DNA from: Candidatus Saccharimonas sp.
GTDB taxonomy: Bacteria > Patescibacteriota > Saccharimonadia > Saccharimonadales > Saccharimonadaceae
NCBI GenBank assembly: GCA_022736555.1
Contig: DZCW01000002.1
Location: 25,070 to 89,069 of the forward strand
Length of the DNA stretch: 64,000 nt
Direction of reading: 5' to 3'
Made by a program: the position numbers and the translations under genes
The notes under the pieces: generated by a model
Database searches by the model: none
What the model was told of the DNA's origin: nothing
Seen by the model: the letters and a program-made list of their open reading frames with translations, nothing else
Shown: piece by piece, positions 38,039 to 45,949 of the stretch
Numbering within the stretch: the stretch's first letter is position 1
How the letters are laid out: every line of letters starts with the position of its first letter

Positions 38039-38425
38039 ATGTTTTTAGTGGGCATCTTGTCTTGGTGGTATGGTGACGGTTTTACTAGCCGATTGCGAAT
38101 AATAAAAGAAAGGCTAGTTAGCTGTGTCGATTTTTTCTCGATAAAACTATTACTATCGACATTATTTGCGCCATTCAGACAAATCTCGGCCGGTAGCGTG
38201 TCTGGCCCCATAGGCGATCAAATACATGCTTTTTTCGATAGGCTGATATCGCGTTTTATAGGTATGTTCGTGCGGCTATTTATGATCGTGGCTGGTTTGT
38301 TTGCGATACTAGCACAAGCACTGTTCGGAATTATTCTGTTGTTATCTTGGATAATTATGCCGTTTTTGCCAGTTGTCGGTCTGATTATGATGATAATTGG
38401 CTGGGTACCGCAATGGATGATCTAA
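38039..38425 (+). CDS. Small membrane protein, overlaps the start of the Clp-like gene
   Basis: ILSWWYGDGF N-terminus and two C-terminal TMs. The track start at 38003 abuts the murT start codon, so the ATG at 38039 after a TATAAT-like box is preferred. Confidence 0.45.
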   Translation: MFLVGILSWWYGDGFTSRLRIIKERLVSCVDFFSIKLLLSTLFAPFRQISAGSVSGPIGDQIHAFFDRLISRFIGMFVRLFMIVAGLFAILAQALFGIILLLSWIIMPFLPVVGLIMMIIGWVPQWMI

Positions 38426-40845
38426 AGTTTAACTACAATAGCAGCCGTAGCCAAAAGGCTCGAATTGGTGCTTGGTTTGGCCAATTACAGTTGATATTTT
38501 TGTCGTTTTTAACATTTCTATTATTAGTTCTTGGTGTTGCTGTTGTCGTCTTTGGAGTTTCGTTAGGCTGGGTGCTAATAGGATTTTCAGTAATACCAGC
38601 TATGATTATTGAGTGGTATAGGTGTGAACTATGCCATTTGGCGATCACTAAAGACACTAGCTCAATTGACGGTATCTTGTCTGGTTCGGTTTTAGGTAAA
38701 TTATCCAAACAACCAACACCTGGTGAACTAGCCGCAATTATCAGTCAGTTGCCAGGTGGGCAGTTTATGGCGATTAGATTTGGGATTGGTCCTGGGTTTT
38801 TGCGAGAGTTAACGTCAGGTAATAGTTTTGATATTCAGTCCGTATGGCAAGAAGCTCTAGTCCTACGCAGCCAAATTGGCAGCAAAAATATCTCGGCTGC
38901 TATATTGGCAGTCGCACTTATACGTTGTAATAATAACTACAAAACACTACTTAGCCATTTACAATTAGATTTAGATGATTTGATCTGTGGGGTGCAGTGG
39001 TATGACTACTTGCGAAGTGTGATCGACCAACATAAAACCCCTAAACGAACTGGTGGTTTGGCTAGGGATTGGTCATTTGGTTGGACTCCAATATTGGATC
39101 GTTTTGCGATTAATATTAGCCAACAGGTTGAGGTTGGTGATTCATCGCTCGCGAAACGCACTACGCATACTGAATTAATTGATCAACTACTTAATATATT
39201 TAGTAAAAATGGCCGCCAAAATGCGCTTTTGGTTGGTGGTCCGGGTGTGGGTAAAACCGAAATCGTTCATGCTTTTGCTGGCAGACTGTTGGATGCGGCG
39301 GGCGATATACCAGACAACCTTAGGTTTCGTCAAATCTTTATTCTAGATTCGGCGGCGTTAATTGCAGCAGCACCTAATCGTGGTGAGATTGAACAGTTGG
39401 TGTCACGAGTCTTGAACGAAGCGTATAGCGCCAAAAATATAATCATCTGTTTAGATAATGCGCAGTTATTCTTTGAGAGTGGCATAGGTTCGGTTGATAT
39501 AACTAATATCCTTGCACCGATTTTAGGTGCCGGGAATCTACGTATGATTTTAACAATGGATGAGCAAAAGTTCTTGCAAATTAGCCGCCGTAATCCAGAA
39601 ATAGCTAATTTATTAAATAAAATTATGATACCAGAACCTAGTCGCGAAGAAACGATCGGGATTATGCAATATCAGTCGATTATGCTGGAGTTCCAAAACC
39701 GCGTGACCTATATGTATCAGTCGCTAGTCGAAGCTTACCGATTAGGCGGTCGATATGTGCATGATTTAGTTATGCCAGGGCAAGCTCTGAAATTATTAGA
39801 ATCAGCTGCGCAATACGCAACTGATGGTTTAGTTACGGCCGAATCGGTTCGTCAGGCAGTTGAAAAAACCGTGGGCGTAAAAATTAGCGTAGCGACAGAT
39901 AGTGTGGAGCGCGAGAAACTGCTAAATCTAGAAGACTTAATCCATGAGCGTATGATTAACCAAAAACGAGCCGTTAGTGTCGTTAGTGATGCCCTCAGGC
40001 GGGCTAGATCTGGTGTGCGTAACCAGAATCGACCCATCGGCACATTCCTATTTCTAGGCCCGACTGGTGTTGGCAAAACGGAATTATCCAAAGCCTTAGC
40101 TGATATATATTTTGGAGGTGAGAATCAAATCATACGCCTAGATATGAATGAGTACGCCAATAGCGGCGATATGCAACGTTTGATTGCTGACGGTGCCGAT
40201 AATCCAAATAGCCTTACGGCTAGTGTTATGAAGCAACCGTTTAGCGTAATATTGCTAGATGAAATTGAAAAAGCTCATCCCGATGTTATATCGACATTAC
40301 TACAAATGCTGGACGAGGGGATTATGCGAGATATTAAAAACCGCGAGGTGAGTTTTCGCGATGCGATCATTATCGCTACTAGTAATGCTGGTGCCGATAT
40401 AATTCGTGAATATATTGATCGAGGCTATGACGTTGAGCAGTTTGAGGATAAATTTGTCGACGAGCTAATCAGTAGCAATCAATTTCGCCCCGAATTTTTA
40501 AATCGTTTTGATGAAATCGTAATGTTTAAACCACTGAATGAGAATGAATTGTTACAAGTGGTTGATCTGATGCTAGCGGATGTTAATAAAACCATGTCGT
40601 TACAAAAAATTAGTATTGATGTCGACATCGAAGCTAAAAAATATCTGGTTAGTGCTGGTTACGACCCTCGTCTGGGGGCTAGACCGATGCGCCGAGTTAT
40701 TCAACGAGCGGTCGAAAACACCGTTGCTAAACAGATGCTATCGGGCGCCGTTAACCCTGGCGATACAATTAAGATATCGCTAGATCAAGTAAAGCAATTG
40801 ATTGACTCGAAAAATACTGCTCAACGAATGGTCGATGGTAAATAG
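38413..40845 (+). CDS. Membrane-anchored two-ring Clp/Hsp100-family AAA+ ATPase
   Basis: Two N-terminal TM helices, then LVGGPGVGKTE (Walker A1), IICLDNAQ (D-N in place of D-E in Walker B1), FLGPTGVGKTEL (Walker A2) and VILLDEIEKAH (Walker B2). No long M-domain and no IGF/L loop seen. Confidence 0.8.
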   Translation: MDDLKFNYNSSRSQKARIGAWFGQLQLIFLSFLTFLLLVLGVAVVVFGVSLGWVLIGFSVIPAMIIEWYRCELCHLAITKDTSSIDGILSGSVLGKLSKQPTPGELAAIISQLPGGQFMAIRFGIGPGFLRELTSGNSFDIQSVWQEALVLRSQIGSKNISAAILAVALIRCNNNYKTLLSHLQLDLDDLICGVQWYDYLRSVIDQHKTPKRTGGLARDWSFGWTPILDRFAINISQQVEVGDSSLAKRTTHTELIDQLLNIFSKNGRQNALLVGGPGVGKTEIVHAFAGRLLDAAGDIPDNLRFRQIFILDSAALIAAAPNRGEIEQLVSRVLNEAYSAKNIIICLDNAQLFFESGIGSVDITNILAPILGAGNLRMILTMDEQKFLQISRRNPEIANLLNKIMIPEPSREETIGIMQYQSIMLEFQNRVTYMYQSLVEAYRLGGRYVHDLVMPGQALKLLESAAQYATDGLVTAESVRQAVEKTVGVKISVATDSVEREKLLNLEDLIHERMINQKRAVSVVSDALRRARSGVRNQNRPIGTFLFLGPTGVGKTELSKALADIYFGGENQIIRLDMNEYANSGDMQRLIADGADNPNSLTASVMKQPFSVILLDEIEKAHPDVISTLLQMLDEGIMRDIKNREVSFRDAIIIATSNAGADIIREYIDRGYDVEQFEDKFVDELISSNQFRPEFLNRFDEIVMFKPLNENELLQVVDLMLADVNKTMSLQKISIDVDIEAKKYLVSAGYDPRLGARPMRRVIQRAVENTVAKQMLSGAVNPGDTIKISLDQVKQLIDSKNTAQRMVDGK

Positions 40846-41610
40846 TTAGGGTCTAAGTGTACCTGCAAATACCTGCCAAGCAAGTAGTGATTTGGCGACT
40901 AGACTTAGAATAATGTAGGCTCGTTCGCCGTATATATAATCTTTCCATGGTCCGATTTTTTTGTACTGCAAGACCATATTGATTGCGAAACAGTTAAAGA
41001 ATACAAAGATCGATACGAATATCCAATAAACGAAAGTTGGGGCGGCGCTACCATTTGCGGCACCTAGCCACATATAAAAGGCGATTACTAGCCATGGAAT
41101 TAGACCAGATAAACTGCCGATCCAAAAACTTAACCAACTAGTTTTCTTGGTTGTTTGATTGTGGACTTCCATAACCAATCCCATCAAATTCATGATAGCG
41201 GTCAGTACGAATATCATGGCGAGGCTGGCTAGATCATAAATACCAACTAGTAATGATATAGCTACCATCATTATGCTGGCAGATATCGAATATTCAATCC
41301 AGCGGGCTTTGTTGATGCCGAGTGATAAATTGCGATTATATTTTTTGTTATAAATAGTAGCAATAATCAGATGAGCGGCCGCGCATAGAAAGAAAAATAT
41401 TGCGATTAACATCGGTAACGATAAATCAAACAAGAGTTTAGTTGTCGGCTCCAGACTCTGCGAACTGGCATTAAAAGTTAGATAATTACCGCTAATAGGT
41501 AATGTGAACGCCTTGCTGAGGATTAATATTATTACTCCCTGTGCTAAATGCAAAAAACCCATCGTTAGATTAAATTTGCGTAAACTAGTTGTTGTAATTT
41601 TGTTTGTCAT
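40846..41610 (-). CDS. Heliorhodopsin
   Basis: 7-TM, 254 aa. Carries LRKFNLTMGFLHLAQG, AAAHLII, RWIEYSISASIMMV (counter-ion Glu position), and GERAYIILSLVAKSLLAWQVFAGTL (Schiff-base Lys in TM7). These match the heliorhodopsin 48C12/TaHeR pattern recalled from the literature. Confidence 0.85.
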   Translation of the reverse strand: MTNKITTTSLRKFNLTMGFLHLAQGVIILILSKAFTLPISGNYLTFNASSQSLEPTTKLLFDLSLPMLIAIFFFLCAAAHLIIATIYNKKYNRNLSLGINKARWIEYSISASIMMVAISLLVGIYDLASLAMIFVLTAIMNLMGLVMEVHNQTTKKTSWLSFWIGSLSGLIPWLVIAFYMWLGAANGSAAPTFVYWIFVSIFVFFNCFAINMVLQYKKIGPWKDYIYGERAYIILSLVAKSLLAWQVFAGTLRP

Positions 41611-41713
41611 AGTCGGATTATAACATAAGCGCTAAATAATTTTGAATATTTTAGATACTTAACCTCTGTAATGTGTTATGATTGGACGGAATATAAAACG
41701 ATTGGAGTAAATA

Positions 41714-41791
41714 ATGGCTAAGCACAAGAATTGGCATGGTGCAAATCGTAAGCGCCTTCTCAAGAAAAAACTACTAGCAAAACAGCGATAA
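41714..41791 (+). CDS. Candidate 25-aa highly basic micro-protein
   Basis: MAKHKNWHGANRKRLLKKKLLAKQR, with GGAG 7 nt upstream and a strong hairpin immediately downstream. Not in the ORF track because of its size. Confidence 0.35.
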   Translation: MAKHKNWHGANRKRLLKKKLLAKQR

Positions 41792-41813
41792 GCTGAATTG
41801 ATAAAATCATATC

Positions 41814-41855
41814 AAAATAAAATAAGCCATCCGTAGAGTTGGCTTATTTTATTTT
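41814..41855. terminator. Bidirectional hairpin between the micro-ORF and tRNA-Arg
   Basis: AAAATAAAATAAGCCA / TGGCTTATTTTATTTT, a 16-bp stem abutting the tRNA 3' end. Confidence 0.65.
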
Positions 41856-41930
41856 GGTACCCCGGGTTGGAATTGAACCAACGACCTTAGGCTTAGAAGT
41901 CCTCTGCTCTATCCACTGAGCTACCGGGGC
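41855..41930 (-). tRNA. tRNA-Arg(UCU) with a weak anticodon stem
   Basis: Good acceptor, D and T arms and anticodon loop CTTCTAA. The anticodon stem GAGGA/GCCTA has only 3 Watson-Crick pairs, flanked by G-A and A-G. CCA is encoded. Confidence 0.8.
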
Positions 41931-41975
41931 GTGATTGGATACTTATCGTGTACGTTTACCTTGGGTAGATTTTAT

Positions 41976-41991
41976 CTCAGTGGATAGAGCA
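41976..41991 (+). repeat. Inverted 16-nt copy of the tRNA-Arg(UCU) D-arm segment
   Basis: CTCAGTGGATAGAGCA is the reverse complement of 41905-41920. Confidence 0.85.
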
Positions 41992-42018
41992 AGCTTATTT
42001 TTTATTCGCTTCGCTTGG

Positions 42019-42036
42019 CACTGAGCTACCGGGGCG
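42019..42036 (-). repeat. Direct 18-nt copy of the tRNA-Arg(UCU) 5' end
   Basis: CACTGAGCTACCGGGGCG is identical to 41914-41931. Confidence 0.85.
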
Positions 42037-42130
42037 AATGCAACTTAATTGCATACTGGCTATTATAGCAAATTTAGTCGTATCTTTGTCTGATGATTAA
42101 AGAGTATAATATTAGACATAAGGGGGATTT

Positions 42131-42544
42131 ATGAAGATAGTTGATAATGGACCAGCACCGATAGTAGTTGACATAGAAACGGCTACGATTGAGAATGAAA
42201 ATTATAGGACAACTATGTGGACGGGCAAGAATTTGCAAATCACTCTAATGTCGATCGACACGGGTCATGACATTGGGCTAGAAGTCCATGATACTCATGA
42301 CCAATTTCTACGTATTGAACAAGGTCGGGCAAAGATCTCAATGGGCCCTGACAAGGATAAATTAGAAACTTGGCAGGCTGGTCCTAACTACGCCGTAGTA
42401 GTACCGGCTGGTACGTGGCATAACCTGATAAGTACCGGCGATGTGCCATTAAAAGTCTACTCAATTTACGCACCGCCACAGCACCCGCACGGCACAGTTC
42501 ATGTAACCAAAAAAGAGGCTGATGCCGCCGAAGCGGACGAATAA
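42131..42544 (+). CDS. Cupin-domain protein
   Basis: GLEVHDTHDQFLRIEQG fits G-x5-H-x-H-x3,4-E-x6-G, and PAGTWHN is the second cupin motif. GGGGG RBS. Confidence 0.7.
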   Translation: MKIVDNGPAPIVVDIETATIENENYRTTMWTGKNLQITLMSIDTGHDIGLEVHDTHDQFLRIEQGRAKISMGPDKDKLETWQAGPNYAVVVPAGTWHNLISTGDVPLKVYSIYAPPQHPHGTVHVTKKEADAAEADE

Positions 42545-42624
42545 GTTAATATATAAAATTAAAACAACCCCAGCTCCAAAAAATGGAACTGGGGTTTGTA
42601 GATTAATAGACGAGATGGAATATG

Positions 42625-43329
42625 CTAATACGGGGTGCTGGTGAGGTCGAAACCATCCAATGCGAAATCGACTATCGGGTTAAAAAACCTTCGTAAATCT
42701 GTTTCGGGTAGGTCGGCTATTCTACGACGATTATCTGGCGTTGAATAACATTCAACACTAAACTCGTTGCCTCGGTGTAGTACTGTAATAGCTTCTTCTC
42801 GGCGTAATAAAACTTCCATGGTAATACCTGGATCGATATCTGGTTTGTGATCAAATAAATGTTCACCTTTGGAATACCTTAGATCACGATAATGTTTGTC
42901 GCTGATACCTTTACCCTTTATAAGGGTTGTACCTGGGAATGTTCTATAAACAGCCTCAACGTAATCTTGATCGCCTTGGGGCAGATATAAACCCTCGAAT
43001 CTACCTTGAGGTTGACCATGGTTTTTTGTAAACACACACAGTGCCTTTTTGGAGTTGGTTTTGTTCTGCGGTTTAATTCTCAATTCGTAGTCATATGCTA
43101 GGAATGGTTCGGCGTATAATATTGTGGCATAACCATACTTTATCATTTCCGTGCGTTGCCTTTGGCTTAGTGTAACGGGTATGAAATTTTGTTCACAATC
43201 GATACCTTCTTGGCCGATGATAATTGCCGGAAATGTAGTTTCGGTGCCATCGTATCGGTCCATTAGGGTGATGTTTTTAGCGATCGCGCCTGTTTTTATC
43301 ACTCCATTTTCAATAGTAAAGACTTTCAT
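42625..43329 (-). CDS. Hypothetical soluble protein (234 aa), no recognisable motif
   Basis: Long ORF with a GGAGGAA RBS before the ATG. No TM segment and no family motif recognised by eye. Confidence 0.6.
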   Translation of the reverse strand: MKVFTIENGVIKTGAIAKNITLMDRYDGTETTFPAIIIGQEGIDCEQNFIPVTLSQRQRTEMIKYGYATILYAEPFLAYDYELRIKPQNKTNSKKALCVFTKNHGQPQGRFEGLYLPQGDQDYVEAVYRTFPGTTLIKGKGISDKHYRDLRYSKGEHLFDHKPDIDPGITMEVLLRREEAITVLHRGNEFSVECYSTPDNRRRIADLPETDLRRFFNPIVDFALDGFDLTSTPY

Positions 43330-43610
43330 TGTTATTCCTCCATTTGAGCCGTAGGTTTGTATTTATCGCTTTTGCAATAACCTATGGCTATGTAAATGAT
43401 TGGATATAGAATAGGGCTCTGACGATTTGGGTGATTTGTCTCTCGTCTTGTTAATTTACGAGTTAGATTTTAGTGATAGCTCACTGATTTACAGTAGCGA
43501 TACCGCTAACTCTAACTAATTAAATAATACCACTTTATACTTAATATGTCAATTATCGTTTAATACATAAAAAACAAAACCATATCAATCAAGATACGGT
43601 TTTTACACTT

Positions 43611-43685
43611 TGGTGCGGGCGGCGAGAATCGAACTCGCATCGCTTGCTTGGAAGGCAGGCATATTAGCCATTATACGACGCCCGC
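43611..43685 (-). tRNA. tRNA-Gly(UCC)
   Basis: Acceptor GCGGGCG/CGCCCGC and anticodon loop CTTCCAA. CCA is encoded. A hairpin (AAAACCGTATC/GATATGGTTTT) lies downstream. Confidence 0.9.
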
Positions 43686-43756
43686 GTGCTAGCTCATTAT
43701 AACATATTTTCATATCGATCTTTATCTGTTACAATAACTAACGTTCACCTATATAT

Positions 43757-43834
43757 GGCGGATGTAGCTCATCTGGTTAGAGCGTCGGGTTGTGGTTCCG
43801 AAGGTAGTGGGTTCAATCCCCATCATTCGCCCCA
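43757..43834 (+). tRNA. tRNA-His(GUG) with encoded G-1
   Basis: An extra 5' G pairs with C73. Anticodon loop TTGTGGT. CCA is encoded. Confidence 0.95.
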
Positions 43835-43875
43835 AATATTAAAGATGGTATTTATACCATCTTTAATATTTGGGG
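43830..43875 (+). terminator. 21-bp perfect hairpin that includes the tRNA-His CCCCA tail
   Basis: CCCCAAATATTAAAGATGGTA-TTTA-TACCATCTTTAATATTTGGGG. Confidence 0.75.
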
Positions 43876-43907
43876 TGTACGGTTGGATAGAACCCACGAA
43901 GTAGTGG

Positions 43908-44288
43908 GTGAGAACTGGTATACTAGTTATAGTTATGGATTTAAATAAATATATCGTTAGTGATAATACAGGCAAGCCGTTTCATAGTAGCGGAATTGCC
44001 AGAATTAACAGAGGCGATAGGTTGGGCGTAGATACTAATGTATCATTTAATCAACGGCAACAAATCAACGGCAATCGACAATTAATTAATGATTATCACA
44101 GTTCTGTAATAGGTAATACTCGTAGTGTTTTGGCCGCCAGGCCAGTTAGCCCGGAAGCGATAGATAGTCGTTTAAGGGTGCCAGCTAGACAGCCAATCCA
44201 AAATCCTCGTAATACTACGCAGGGTATAACTATACCGCCACGTAGTTTTAACGAGCCTAATGCCAGAGGCTATAACCCTTACTCCTAG
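43908..44288 (+). CDS. Hypothetical small Arg/Asn/Gln-rich protein
   Basis: 126-aa ORF from a GTG start (an alternative ATG lies at 43935). No motif recognised. Its stop overlaps the murA stop in CTAG. Confidence 0.4.
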   Translation: MRTGILVIVMDLNKYIVSDNTGKPFHSSGIARINRGDRLGVDTNVSFNQRQQINGNRQLINDYHSSVIGNTRSVLAARPVSPEAIDSRLRVPARQPIQNPRNTTQGITIPPRSFNEPNARGYNPYS

Positions 44289-45814
44289 ATCTCGCGGAAT
44301 GTTTCAATATCAGCGCCTAAAGTATTTAGACGATTAGCGAAATCTTCATACCCACGGTTTATCGAATAAACATTTCGTAGTATCGAATGACCAGGTGCGG
44401 CCAGCATCGCTAGCATTATAACAACAGATGGGCGTAGGGCTGGAGGTGTTACTATATCGGCCGGTTTCCATTTGGTTGGTCCGGTAATATAAACACGATG
44501 TGGGTCGACTAGCTCGATATTAGCGTTCAATTTACTAAGTTCGGTGAAATAAATAGCTCGGTTTTCGTATGACCAGTCGTGAACCATGGTTCGGCCATTA
44601 GCCACAGTGGCAATCAATCCTAGGAAGGGCAAGTTGTCCATATTTACGCCCGGGAATGGCATACTGTGTAATTTGTCCTTGGGCGCATTTAGCTTTGAAT
44701 GGAGCACGGTGATGTCTACTAGGCGCGTTTCATTATTACGAGCCTTATATTCGTCGCTTATATTATATTGCAAACCCATGCTACTGAGGATGGATAATTC
44801 TATTTCGATGAATTCAATCGGCGCACGTTTGACGGTAATTTCAGAATTAGTGACTATACCGGCTGCGATTAAGCTCATGGCCTCGATCGGGTCTTCGCTA
44901 ATATAATATTCGACATTTTTATTAATACTACGAACACCACGGATGACTAGGGTGGTTGTTCCAATACCATCGATCTTGACACCTAATTTTTGTAAATAAA
45001 AACACAAATCTTGAACCATGTAATTTGGACTGGCATTACGGATAGTAATTGTGCCGTCGTAAAGGGCAGCGGCCATTAGAACATTTTCGGTAGCGGTATC
45101 GCTACGTTCAGTTAGTAATATGGTATGGTCGACGGTTTTTTTGGTGACAGTAGCGTTATAATACTCTGATTTGGTCTCGATACTTAAACCGAACGGTGCC
45201 AAACCAGCTAGATGGGGTTCGACAGTTCTAACGCCCAGGTTACACCCGCCAGCGAACGGTAATTTAAATTCTCGGTACTGGTGTAATAGAGGGCCAAGCA
45301 GCATGATGATCGTTCGTGTGCGTTTAGCTGAATCGATATTCATATCGTTCAGTTTTAATCTGGCTGGCGGGATAATTTCTAGATCGTTTTTATCATTTAA
45401 CCAGCGAATTTTAACGCCAATACTCTGCAGGACTTCGATAATTCGATTAACCTCTTCGATCCTAGCGACACGTCGTAGGGTTGTTGTGCCGTGGTTCAAT
45501 AAGCTAGCACAAAGTAGTCCAACCGCAGCATTTTTGCTGGTTTTTACTTCGATTTCACCGGATAGTTTTTTGCCACCATTAATACGAAAGTCGATTTTAC
45601 CTGATTGGTTCAAACTAACAAGTTCACTTGACAAAACGTCGCTAATACGGGCCAGCATCTCAAGGCTGATATTTTGTCCACCTTTTTCAATACGATTTAT
45701 AGCACTTTGGCTAGTGCTAAGCGCTTCGGCTAGCTGGGCCTGAGTTAGCCCACGTGATTGTCTGTTCTCTTGAATTAATGTACCGATTTTAACTTTGTAA
45801 TCATCATTCGTCAT
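44285..45814 (-). CDS. murA: XRE-type HTH domain fused to UDP-N-acetylglucosamine 1-carboxyvinyltransferase (MurA)
   Basis: Residues 1-65 read IQENRQSRGLTQAQLAEALSTSQSAINRIEKGGQNISLEMLARI (HTH_3-like). The MurA body follows from KIDFRINGGKKLSGEIEVKTSKNAA, with the active-site loop FAGGCNLGVRTVEPH. No internal start codon at the junction. Confidence 0.85.
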   Translation of the reverse strand: MTNDDYKVKIGTLIQENRQSRGLTQAQLAEALSTSQSAINRIEKGGQNISLEMLARISDVLSSELVSLNQSGKIDFRINGGKKLSGEIEVKTSKNAAVGLLCASLLNHGTTTLRRVARIEEVNRIIEVLQSIGVKIRWLNDKNDLEIIPPARLKLNDMNIDSAKRTRTIIMLLGPLLHQYREFKLPFAGGCNLGVRTVEPHLAGLAPFGLSIETKSEYYNATVTKKTVDHTILLTERSDTATENVLMAAALYDGTITIRNASPNYMVQDLCFYLQKLGVKIDGIGTTTLVIRGVRSINKNVEYYISEDPIEAMSLIAAGIVTNSEITVKRAPIEFIEIELSILSSMGLQYNISDEYKARNNETRLVDITVLHSKLNAPKDKLHSMPFPGVNMDNLPFLGLIATVANGRTMVHDWSYENRAIYFTELSKLNANIELVDPHRVYITGPTKWKPADIVTPPALRPSVVIMLAMLAAPGHSILRNVYSINRGYEDFANRLNTLGADIETFREI

Positions 45815-45949
45815 CTCTCGATCCTATATCATCCATGATATAAAGTCAATAAATAACATAACCTTATTTAGATGTTGAATTTACTATATAAAGCGTTTGG
45901 TTCTTCGACTGGTGTATAATTAATACAAATTATTAAGGGGGTATTAGCT

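Noticed and set aside
43686-43904. 72-aa track ORF
   Set aside because: It lies on top of tRNA-His and its terminator hairpin, and its reading frame is a by-product of the tRNA sequence.
44285-44288. Convergent genes sharing the palindrome CTAG as both stop codons
   Set aside because: It is real in the sequence, but a 4-nt stop/stop overlap is a trivial consequence of genome compaction.
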